This document shows, in pieces, positions 14,244 to 21,597 of a stretch of DNA of 43,267 nucleotides; the stretch's first letter is position 1; each line of letters opens with the position of its first letter. Where the stretch lies: the NCBI GenBank assembly GCA_021782175.1, contig JAJXVL010000002.1, forward strand, positions 1 through 43,267. The letters are read 5' to 3'. The stretch comes from a bacterium (GTDB lineage Bacteria > Patescibacteriota > Minisyncoccia > Phycocordibacterales > PALSA-1337). A program made the position numbers and the translations under genes. The notes beneath the pieces are model-generated. The model was given only the letters and a program-made list of their open reading frames with translations. It did no database searches and was not told the DNA's origin.

Positions 14244-14582
14244 ATGGAAAAATTCCAAGTCGTCCTCATCTTCTTGTCTGTCATGGTTGGAGTGGTCTCG
14301 GCAGTTTATCTGTATCAGGCTGTCGGTGAATTCCTGACTCTGCTCAAACGGCCATTGCGCATCATTGCCACCGGTATGTTCGTGGTAGCTCTGGGAGTGC
14401 TCTTGGCGGCCTTTATTTCATACGAAGCTTCCTTCGGAATTGTTTTGGGTTATCGAGGTGTACCCCTGTCAGCTTTTTTCTATCTACTATATTTTATCGG
14501 CTCCCTGACTATCTTCTTCGGTGTTCGGCAACTTTCCTCCAAAACTCCCAACAAGACTGTCGATGTTTCGCTACAAGGTTAG
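14244..14582 (+). CDS. Small membrane protein, unknown function
   Basis: 112 aa with three hydrophobic helices and no recognisable motif. Confidence 0.45.
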   Translation: MEKFQVVLIFLSVMVGVVSAVYLYQAVGEFLTLLKRPLRIIATGMFVVALGVLLAAFISYEASFGIVLGYRGVPLSAFFYLLYFIGSLTIFFGVRQLSSKTPNKTVDVSLQG

Positions 14583-14597
14583 CTTTCAAATCAAATC

Positions 14598-15146
14598 ATG
14601 AAGCATTACATTGTCGAAGAGAATCCTTTGTCGCATCTATTATTTAACAACACCAAACTGGCTTGGTTCTGGCTGGTAGTGAGGTTGTACGTAGGCTACG
14701 AATGGCTCTCCGCTGGTTGGGAAAAGCTCCACGATCCGACTTGGACCGGTGCCCAAGCCGGTACGGCCCTGGGCGGTTTTTTGAATGGGGCCGTAGCCAA
14801 GACGGCCGGTCTTCATCCGGATGTGCAGAGTTGGTACGCTTGGTTTCTGGAACATGCCGTGATGAATCATCTGGGACTCTGGGCCCATCTGGTTACTTAT
14901 GGTGAGTGTTTGGTCGGTGTCGCTCTGATTATTGGTTTGTTTACCGGCATCGCGGCTTTCTTCGGGCTTTTTATGAACTTGAATTATCTCTTGGCCGGCA
15001 CGGTCAGTACCAATCCGGTCCTGTTTGTTTTGGCTATTGGTATTTTGATGGCTTGGAAGGTGGCAGGCTTCATCGGTTTGGATCACTGGGTTTTGCCACG
15101 TCTGGGTACTCCTTGGCAGAAGTTTGAAACAGGCACGGTGAAGTAA
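14598..15146 (+). CDS. DoxX/DoxD-like family membrane protein
   Basis: 182 aa. WFWLVVRLYVGYEWLSAGWEKL and the following helices resemble DoxD/MhqP-type DoxX proteins. Confidence 0.65.
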   Translation: MKHYIVEENPLSHLLFNNTKLAWFWLVVRLYVGYEWLSAGWEKLHDPTWTGAQAGTALGGFLNGAVAKTAGLHPDVQSWYAWFLEHAVMNHLGLWAHLVTYGECLVGVALIIGLFTGIAAFFGLFMNLNYLLAGTVSTNPVLFVLAIGILMAWKVAGFIGLDHWVLPRLGTPWQKFETGTVK

Positions 15147-15186
15147 TTTACCGACTCTTGTTCAGTCATAATCCCGACTCAAATCT

Positions 15187-15207
15187 AGAAGACCAGCCTG
15201 GTCTTCT
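15187..15207. terminator. Short hairpin downstream of the DoxX-like gene (weak terminator candidate)
   Basis: AGAAGACCA / TGGTCTTCT forms a 9-bp stem with a 3-nt loop. No clear U-tract on either strand. Confidence 0.35.
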
Positions 15208-15231
15208 CAACATATGTCCTGACGAAGTGAA

Positions 15232-15335
15232 AGAGCCCTAGCATATCCTTTTGTACCAAAACGAACCTGCCAGACCTTCACCGACTGTTTCGGCACGACC
15301 TTCGGCTTTGGTTCAAAAGGATATGCCAGGGCTCT
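15232..15335 (-). repeat. Hairpin element copy B (inverted relative to copy A)
   Basis: A 22-bp stem, 15232-15253 with 15314-15335, has a single A15240-C15327 mismatch that becomes a U-G wobble on the minus strand. The core 15254-15313 is the reverse complement of the copy A core. Confidence 0.6.
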
Positions 15336-15382
15336 CTCGTGTGTCGGAGCAAGAATCAGGTGTGAGGATGAGGGTCTATGCA

Positions 15383-16066
15383 CTACCACGGATACGGTTC
15401 GTCGTTGTACCAGAACCCGCCGGTGGGTGGTCGGGAAGTGGCCAGTTTGAATATTTGTGTAGCCGCTTCCGCCGGTGTGATCGGGGCTTCTGAGCCACCC
15501 ATATCTGTCTGAACCCAGCCGGGATGCACAGCTGAAACAATCGTGCCGTTGCCCTCATGGAGCAGTCGAGCAGCCAGAGTGCGTACATACATATTGAGAG
15601 CCGTCTTGGAGATTTTGTAGGCCGGATAATGATAAGGTTCATGCGAATCATTCAAGTGATCCATTTCCTGGAGCGAGCCGGCCTGTGAAGAGAGGAACAC
15701 AACATGTCCTGATTGATTGAGTAAGGGCAGAAGTTGCTCGGTAAAATCAGCAGTACCGATCAGATTGACTTCTAGGGTCTGACGCAGTTTGTCGGGAACT
15801 AGGTGAGTTTCTTCTTCATCGCACAGAATGCCAGCATTGTTGATCAGGACATCTATAGTTATGTTGTCTTTCTTGAGATTTTCAACACAATTCTTGATAC
15901 TCGCTTCATCAGATAAGTCCAAGGCATAATGTTTGCTTACTCCTTGTGGCAAGTCTGAGGTGCTCTGGTAAGTGGTGCCAATAACCCGCCAACCTTCAGT
16001 GGCAAATTTTTCGGCCAGAGCCCGGCCAATACCGCGGCCGACACCGGTGATCAAAACATTTTTCAT
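15383..16066 (-). CDS. Short-chain dehydrogenase/reductase (SDR) family oxidoreductase
   Basis: 227 aa with the N-terminal TGVGRGIGRAL Rossmann motif, NNAG, and the catalytic YxxxK (YKISK). Confidence 0.85.
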   Translation of the reverse strand: MKNVLITGVGRGIGRALAEKFATEGWRVIGTTYQSTSDLPQGVSKHYALDLSDEASIKNCVENLKKDNITIDVLINNAGILCDEEETHLVPDKLRQTLEVNLIGTADFTEQLLPLLNQSGHVVFLSSQAGSLQEMDHLNDSHEPYHYPAYKISKTALNMYVRTLAARLLHEGNGTIVSAVHPGWVQTDMGGSEAPITPAEAATQIFKLATSRPPTGGFWYNDEPYPW

Positions 16067-16072
16067 AAAGCT

Positions 16073-16078
16073 ATTATA
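16073..16078 (-). promoter_or_regulatory. Extended -10 TGcTATAAT (minus strand), 6 nt upstream of ATG 16066
   Basis: The minus strand reads ctgcTATAATagctttATG. The box lies in the 18-nt gap after the permease stop. Confidence 0.5.
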
Positions 16079-16084
16079 GCAGAA

Positions 16085-17314
16085 TTATTCGTACCGCAGA
16101 GCTTCAATCGGATTGAGCTTGGAAGCTCGGCGAGCCGGATAATAACCAAAGACGATACCGATACCCGCTGAGACGCCGAAGGCTAACAAGATTGATGAAC
16201 CAGAGATAGTAGTCTCGAGCACCCCAAGAGAAGTGATCGTGTAAGCAACCAGCCAGCCAATCGTTACGCCGATGCCGCCGCCGATCACCGTCAGGGCCAC
16301 GGCTTCTGACAGGAATTGGATATTGATATCAGCCGCTTTGGCGCCAATGGCTTTGCGCAGACCAATCTCGCGGGTGCGTTCGGTCACAGTGGTGAGCATC
16401 ATATTCATAATGCCGATGCCGCCGACCAGCAGGGAAATGCCAGCCACGGCCCCCAGGAGCCAAGTGAAAGTACCGGTAACACTAGAAGCGGCCGAGACAA
16501 TATCAGCCTGGTTGAGGACATTGAAGTCGGCCTTGGTGGGATCACTGATCTTGTGCCTGCTGAGGAGTAGGCTGGTAATATCATTTTGTACCTGGGTCAT
16601 GGCGCTCTGATCCGTGGCCGAAACACTAACAGAACTAAGATATTTGGTGCTGCCGGTCAGGAATAGCTGGGCAGTCGATAAGGGCACATAAATAATGTCG
16701 TCTTGATTGCCTGGACCACCAGTTGAGCCTTTGGATTTGCTGACGCCGACGATGGTGAATTGCAAGCCCTTGATCCTGATTGTTTGACCAACCGGCTCAG
16801 TACCACTCGCGAACAAGTCGCTGGCGGTAGTTGGGCCGATGACCGCGACTTTGCTCATGTTGCTGACATCGCTTTCAGAAATGAAGTCGCCATCCGAAAC
16901 TTGGACATTACGGACAGTAGAGTAGGCAGGTACAGTACCGATGACTTGAGTATTGGTGTTGGTCCCTGGAGCGGTGATTTGATAACGGCCATCAAGTTCA
17001 GGAGCCACGGCACTGACCCCGCTCACCTCGCTAGAGATAGCATCAGCATCAGCAGGGGTGAGAGTCTGAGCCGCGCCGCGGCCTCCTGAAGCTCCGTATC
17101 CGAAAGAACGTTCGGCGCCAGGGAAGATAATAATCAAATTGGAACCAATTGCTTGGATGCTTGATTGGATAGAGCTCTGGGCCCCTTGGCCGATCGATAC
17201 GAGGATGATCACGGAACTAATGCCAATGACGATGCCGAGCATGGTCAGAGCCGTACGGATTTTGTTGGCCGTCAGAGCCGAAAAGGTTTCGTGAATAAGA
17301 TCTTGGGTAGTCAT
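16085..17314 (-). CDS. ABC transporter permease, MacB/FtsX-like with a large extracytoplasmic domain
   Basis: 409 aa: TM1, an extracytoplasmic domain of about 250 aa, then three C-terminal TM helices (FtsX domain; GLRKAIGA motif). Confidence 0.85.
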   Translation of the reverse strand: MTTQDLIHETFSALTANKIRTALTMLGIVIGISSVIILVSIGQGAQSSIQSSIQAIGSNLIIIFPGAERSFGYGASGGRGAAQTLTPADADAISSEVSGVSAVAPELDGRYQITAPGTNTNTQVIGTVPAYSTVRNVQVSDGDFISESDVSNMSKVAVIGPTTASDLFASGTEPVGQTIRIKGLQFTIVGVSKSKGSTGGPGNQDDIIYVPLSTAQLFLTGSTKYLSSVSVSATDQSAMTQVQNDITSLLLSRHKISDPTKADFNVLNQADIVSAASSVTGTFTWLLGAVAGISLLVGGIGIMNMMLTTVTERTREIGLRKAIGAKAADINIQFLSEAVALTVIGGGIGVTIGWLVAYTITSLGVLETTISGSSILLAFGVSAGIGIVFGYYPARRASKLNPIEALRYE

Positions 17315-18027
17315 GAATTTTCGGAGTGATTGATGATGCGACGATTGGGATTGGTGCTATCTTCGACAATCACGCCGTCACGGATCCGGATAATACGCTT
17401 GGCGTGATTGGCAATATCTGGCTCATGGGTAATAAGCACGATCGTACGTTTTTGTTCTTCGTTGAGGCACTGGAAGGTACCCAGGACAATCTCGCTGGTT
17501 TGGGTATCCAGGTTGCCAGTCGGTTCATCAGCCAGGATGAGAGAAGGATTGTTGACTAGAGCTCGGGCAATGGCTACACGCTGGATCTGGCCACCCGAAA
17601 GCTGGTTCGACATGTGCTGGTAACGGTCTGGTGTCAGACTAGCGCTCTTGAGAGCAGCTTCAGCTCTTGTCAAACGTTCAGCCTCTGGCACGCCGGCATA
17701 GATGAGCGGCAGGGTCACATTACGGATCACCGTAGCGCGAGGTAGGAGATTGAACGATTGGAAAACGAAACCAATACGATTGCGTCTGATCTCAGCCAGT
17801 TCATCATCAGACAATTTGGAGACATCATGTTTGTCCAAGGTGTAAGTGCCGGAGGTCGGTGTATCCAGGGCTCCTAGAATATGCATCAAGGTTGATTTGC
17901 CGGAACCGGAGGGTCCCATGATGGCTACGAATTCACCGTCATTTATAGTGAAGGAAACTCCTCGCAGGGCATGAGTAGCCATGTCCCCATTCATGTAGGT
18001 CTTGGTAATATTTTTGACTTCAATCAT
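17311..18027 (-). CDS. ABC transporter ATP-binding protein (MacB/LolD-like)
   Basis: Walker A GPSGSGKST, signature LSGGQIQR, Walker B ILADEPTGNLD. Its stop overlaps the permease start (ATGA). Confidence 0.9.
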   Translation of the reverse strand: MIEVKNITKTYMNGDMATHALRGVSFTINDGEFVAIMGPSGSGKSTLMHILGALDTPTSGTYTLDKHDVSKLSDDELAEIRRNRIGFVFQSFNLLPRATVIRNVTLPLIYAGVPEAERLTRAEAALKSASLTPDRYQHMSNQLSGGQIQRVAIARALVNNPSLILADEPTGNLDTQTSEIVLGTFQCLNEEQKRTIVLITHEPDIANHAKRIIRIRDGVIVEDSTNPNRRIINHSENS

Positions 18028-18042
18028 GATAATAGTGGCAGC

Positions 18043-19812
18043 TTAGCCCCCAATCCTAACAGCCCGGGTAGTCGCTCCACCGGCTCTATTGCCACCACCT
18101 AGAGTACTGAAGATACTCGGGGCGCTACTGGTATTGGTAGCACCACCCATTGAAGTACGAGTAACCACCCACTCTTTCTCGCTCAAACCGCTCAGGATCT
18201 CTGTATTGGTATCATCACTCAAGCCGACAGTTACCGGCACATCCGTCGGAATCTGATCCGTGGATATGGTCAGGCTCATGCTTCGGCCGGTTTTGGCATA
18301 AGCATTGTTAGCATTACCGGAGTTACCAACGAAAACGTTTCTCGTAGTTGTGGCTAGGGTAGTACTGCTTGCCGTGCGGTTTTGTCTCGCCGGCAAAAGT
18401 GAATTAACGACAGCTTCATTCATGACTTGTACATAGCTGTGACCGTTCTGAGTTTTCACGGCGCTTGAAGGCACGATCAGCACGCCGTCCTTCTCCTCGG
18501 TGGTAATGACAGTGTTCACGCTCATACCAGGCCGGATGCGGACATCGGCAGTGTTGATGTCTATTTTGACACCATAAGCGACAACACCGCTTGAAACTGT
18601 ACCAACCAGATCAACTTCGCTGACCGTACCCGTGGCTTCTAGGCCATTGATAGCATCGAAGGTCACAGCCACACTTTGGCCGACTTGAACTTTGGCCGCG
18701 TCGACTTCGTCGAGTGAAATGTTGGCAACTTTTTTGTCGCCGATGATTGTGGCAATAACAGTACTGCCACCGGCTTGGTCATAGACACTGACAGGCAATC
18801 TTCCGATCACGCCATCGAAGGGTGCTCGGATGAAATACTCATCATAAGTTTGTTGAGCCTGATTGACTGATAGTTGTGAAGCCTGGACCGAGAGAGGGTC
18901 GGCACCGGCAATCAAATTGTTCAGGGTATTGCTGGCGCTGGCAATACTGTTGTTGGCGCCGCTCACACTGGAGAGGTCTCCGTTTATCGTGGTCGTCCAT
19001 GAAGCAATATTGCTCTGGGTGGAAGGCAGAGTCTTGGTCTGGTAATTTGGCTGAGTAGCCGCGATATAGGTCACCGTATTCTGAATGTCGGTCAAGGCTG
19101 TAGCAGCGGCGCGCAAGACATCGCTGGTGTCGCTAATCAGTTGTTCAATACTGGAAGTAGCACTTTGTCCGGATGTGGCGTGATATTCAGCGAGCACTTT
19201 CTGATATAGGTTATTGGCCTTGTCATAGGCTTGACCGGCATTGGCGCGATAGTTCTGAGCCGTAGCAATCAGGGAAGTGGAGTTGGCTGTACCCAGGAAA
19301 CCAGACTGATCATAGAGTAAATTGTTGGCACCAGTCATGACTGTTTGTAGGTCAATAAAGGACGCGGCCACTGAATTCAGGCCATCACTATAAGCTTTGT
19401 TCAAACTGTTTTGGGCATTGAGGATATCTCCAGGTTTGGCTGGTTCGGTCAATTGAGCCAAAGAGAGCTCCGCACTCTTGAGGTTTTTGGCCGCGGTGGT
19501 GTTATCAATAGTAGCGATCAATTCACCGGCTGTGACACGATCCCCTACCTTTACATCAATAGAAGTGATGGTTCCAGAAACTTGGCTGGTCAAATCGATT
19601 TGTCTGGATGCTGTGACCTGTCCGCTGCCGGAGACGGTCTGAGTGATCCGACCAATTGTGGCTGGAGTCACGGTGTATTGAGTGGTAGTTTGGCCATTGC
19701 CGGCAGTAGAGGCAATCTTGTAGGCCCCGATAACTACTACGATAGTAATAAATATCGATAACTTCTTATGTTTCCGGAAACCCGTGCTGAGCGAGCGTTT
19801 GATTTTGTTCAT
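18043..19812 (-). CDS. HlyD/MacA-like membrane-fusion (periplasmic adaptor) protein with a long coiled-coil insert
   Basis: The track start is TTG 19827; I prefer ATG 19812, preceded by AGGAAAAA. It has an N-terminal TM, a lipoyl-like motif (VSGTITSIDVKVGDRVTAGELIATID), a long Ala/Asn/Ser/Thr-rich hairpin and a beta-barrel region. About 589 aa. Confidence 0.8.
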   Translation of the reverse strand: MNKIKRSLSTGFRKHKKLSIFITIVVVIGAYKIASTAGNGQTTTQYTVTPATIGRITQTVSGSGQVTASRQIDLTSQVSGTITSIDVKVGDRVTAGELIATIDNTTAAKNLKSAELSLAQLTEPAKPGDILNAQNSLNKAYSDGLNSVAASFIDLQTVMTGANNLLYDQSGFLGTANSTSLIATAQNYRANAGQAYDKANNLYQKVLAEYHATSGQSATSSIEQLISDTSDVLRAAATALTDIQNTVTYIAATQPNYQTKTLPSTQSNIASWTTTINGDLSSVSGANNSIASASNTLNNLIAGADPLSVQASQLSVNQAQQTYDEYFIRAPFDGVIGRLPVSVYDQAGGSTVIATIIGDKKVANISLDEVDAAKVQVGQSVAVTFDAINGLEATGTVSEVDLVGTVSSGVVAYGVKIDINTADVRIRPGMSVNTVITTEEKDGVLIVPSSAVKTQNGHSYVQVMNEAVVNSLLPARQNRTASSTTLATTTRNVFVGNSGNANNAYAKTGRSMSLTISTDQIPTDVPVTVGLSDDTNTEILSGLSEKEWVVTRTSMGGATNTSSAPSIFSTLGGGNRAGGATTRAVRIGG

Positions 19813-19839
19813 TTTTTCCTGGAGCAATAATTGTGCAGT

Positions 19840-20343
19840 CTAACGGATAGGCTGTTGATAATTCTGATTGGTACCTGAAGCCATATTCTGATTCAACAAG
19901 GGCATGATGCGAACAAAAGAAGCGATGATTCTTCCAGACTTGTCTGGTGAACCGATAGCCACGAGCACATCACCGAGACTGATGTCACTAGTGGTGGCTG
20001 TCCTGCGGCCAAAACGAATAACCGTTTTTGGTTCGAGGACAATGGCTTTTTCCACTTGGTCCGGACCTTTGACGGCAATTACCGGGAAATTGATGGCGAT
20101 GACCTGTCCGGCGGCACCGTTGGCCACAGAAATATCATCCTGATCAGGTTTGATATCGAAAGGTGAACCCGGCCCACCGAAAACTTCGGCATAATGACTA
20201 TCCCAACCACAGGAGAATTGTGCCTGACGCCAACCGACAGCCGCCCCAGCCCAGAAGATTATAAGCCCAATGAGCAAGATGGCCAGGACTACGATGATGC
20301 GAGAGACCAGAGAATAACCGATGAAGGCCTTGAAGTGTTTCAT
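19840..20343 (-). CDS. Membrane-anchored hypothetical protein (DUF5666-like beta domain, tentative)
   Basis: 167 aa with an N-terminal TM. The C-terminal pattern TVIRFGRRTATTSDISLGDVLVAIGSPDKSGRIIASFVRI resembles DUF5666. Its start overlaps the upstream stop (ATGA). Confidence 0.45.
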   Translation of the reverse strand: MKHFKAFIGYSLVSRIIVVLAILLIGLIIFWAGAAVGWRQAQFSCGWDSHYAEVFGGPGSPFDIKPDQDDISVANGAAGQVIAINFPVIAVKGPDQVEKAIVLEPKTVIRFGRRTATTSDISLGDVLVAIGSPDKSGRIIASFVRIMPLLNQNMASGTNQNYQQPIR

Positions 20344-20756
20344 AGACTTGAATAGCGCAAATCATTAATGTTTAAAACGAGCTGACGTACAGCATAAATG
20401 GCAGCTACTGTTGTGGCCAAAACCGCAGTCATGCCTACGATTGGTGCAGATTCTGCCAACGACAACAAGAGAGCGTGCCAGGAGCCGAGCAGTTGGAATC
20501 CATCAGAAGCCAACAAAGAAAGATAATCAGCGAAACCAGAAGCCGCGGCTCTTTCGGCTGCATACTGCCAGGCCGGTATGAGCGCGACCACAGCGGAAAC
20601 AAATAAACCGCCATAAGCCGCGATGGCGCCACGCCTTTGCCAGGCACGGCGTTTGGCAATCCGAGTCATGACAGCCTGACAGAGAGCATCAGATTGCTCC
20701 GCCCAGCTCACTTTTTTGTTGCTAAATAATGGATTCATACTTTTGGCAAGTGACAT
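20340..20756 (-). CDS. Membrane protein, putative anti-sigma factor (paralogue of 8985-9347)
   Basis: 138 aa, immediately downstream of the ECF sigma gene, with two or three TM segments. It shares the GFADYL motif with the other sigma-adjacent protein. Confidence 0.5.
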   Translation of the reverse strand: MSLAKSMNPLFSNKKVSWAEQSDALCQAVMTRIAKRRAWQRRGAIAAYGGLFVSAVVALIPAWQYAAERAAASGFADYLSLLASDGFQLLGSWHALLLSLAESAPIVGMTAVLATTVAAIYAVRQLVLNINDLRYSSL

Positions 20757-20786
20757 TTTGACACAGTCGTTTTTAATACGTTTGGT

Positions 20787-21383
20787 TCAATGATTCTGGT
20801 GCATTAGATGTTTCTTGAGTTTACTAAGTGCTCGACGGTGCCAACTCTTGACGGTATTCATCGGTTTGGCTACCACTACAGCGATCTCTTCAAAAGTCAG
20901 ACCATCCTGATAGTGCATGATCATCACCGCTCGATGTTCCGGGTGCAGAATTTCCAAGCTTTCATCAAGTATTGATTGGTTGGCCTTTTGCTCGAAAATA
21001 TCAAGCGGTGTAGGTTCAGTTGATTCCAGTGTGTCCTCGAAAGATAGTTCACTGTCATCGGGGTCCATATCAGAAAATGAAAAAGCCCGCCGTTTCTTCA
21101 GGTAGTCCAGAGCGGTATTTCTGGCAATAGTGTATAGCCAAGGTCGAAAGGGTTTGGACGGGTCGAAACGTTTCAAATTTTTCCAAACTTTGAAGAAAGT
21201 GTCCTGGACGATATCTTCAGTATCAGCTTCCAGTTTGGCGTATTGGCGGGCGAAGTACCACACAGATTGCAAATAGCGCCTCATCAGTTCTTCGAAAGCT
21301 TGATCTTCGCCAGCGCGACTTCTCTCGATTAGCGCATAATCTGTTGTTTCTGGTAATGACATCGGCCTAATCATACTACACAT
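20787..21383 (-). CDS. ECF-type sigma-70 family RNA polymerase sigma factor
   Basis: Region 2 (DTEDIVQDTFFKVW, FRPWLYTIARN) and the region 4 HTH (LTFEEIAVVVAKPMNTVKSWHRRALSKL) are present. The start is ambiguous: ATG at 21383, 21374 or 21362. Confidence 0.8.
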   Translation of the reverse strand: MCSMIRPMSLPETTDYALIERSRAGEDQAFEELMRRYLQSVWYFARQYAKLEADTEDIVQDTFFKVWKNLKRFDPSKPFRPWLYTIARNTALDYLKKRRAFSFSDMDPDDSELSFEDTLESTEPTPLDIFEQKANQSILDESLEILHPEHRAVMIMHYQDGLTFEEIAVVVAKPMNTVKSWHRRALSKLKKHLMHQNH

Positions 21384-21399
21384 TGCCTCTTAGGCGAGG

Positions 21400-21405
21400 T
21401 ATAAT
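21400..21405 (+). promoter_or_regulatory. TATAAT box 6 nt upstream of ATG 21412
   Basis: Exact TATAAT with a 6-nt spacer (gctccc), the same geometry as the other leaderless-type promoters in the window. Confidence 0.45.
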
Positions 21406-21411
21406 GCTCCC

Positions 21412-21516
21412 ATGGCCAAAAGAATCAACACCAGACCGCGAACTTCGCGTTCGCGCAAAACCAAGAAACGCTTGGCAGTCAAGCATGCCAAACGTTTTGG
21501 TAGCAAGGCTCGTTAG
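21412..21516 (+). CDS. 34-aa highly basic small protein (hypothetical, not in the ORF track)
   Basis: MAKRINTRPRTSRSRKTKKRLAVKHAKRFGSKAR* has 15 Lys/Arg in 34 residues. It has its own TATAAT and is followed by a strong terminator at 21542-21570. Confidence 0.4.
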   Translation: MAKRINTRPRTSRSRKTKKRLAVKHAKRFGSKAR

Positions 21517-21541
21517 GCGTACATTTCAGAACTTATCAAAC

Positions 21542-21570
21542 AAAACCGACTGTCTGAACAGTCGGTTTTT
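21542..21570. terminator. Bidirectional rho-independent terminator (small ORF / aspS)
   Basis: AAAACCGACTGT ctga ACAGTCGGTTTT has an 8-bp GC-containing stem flanked by an A-run and a T-run. Confidence 0.75.
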
Positions 21571-21597
21571 GGTAGGGAACAAATAGATCCAGTCCAA

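Noticed and set aside
15207-15493. Track ORFs 15207-15389 (-) and 15251-15493 (+) spanning hairpin copy B, plus a shared reading frame EPKPKVVPKQS(M/V)KV(R/W)QVRF in both element copies
   Set aside because: In copy A the frame is closed by TGA just upstream and has no plausible start. Of the three core substitutions, two are non-synonymous. The ORFs run through a 22-bp inverted repeat. Palindromic structure explains the open frames on both strands.
21383-21586. Track ORF of 67 aa (TTG start) in the sigma / aspS spacer
   Set aside because: It starts upstream of the TATAAT box, uses a TTG start, and reads through the terminator hairpin at 21542-21570. The 34-codon ORF in another frame fits the promoter and terminator much better.
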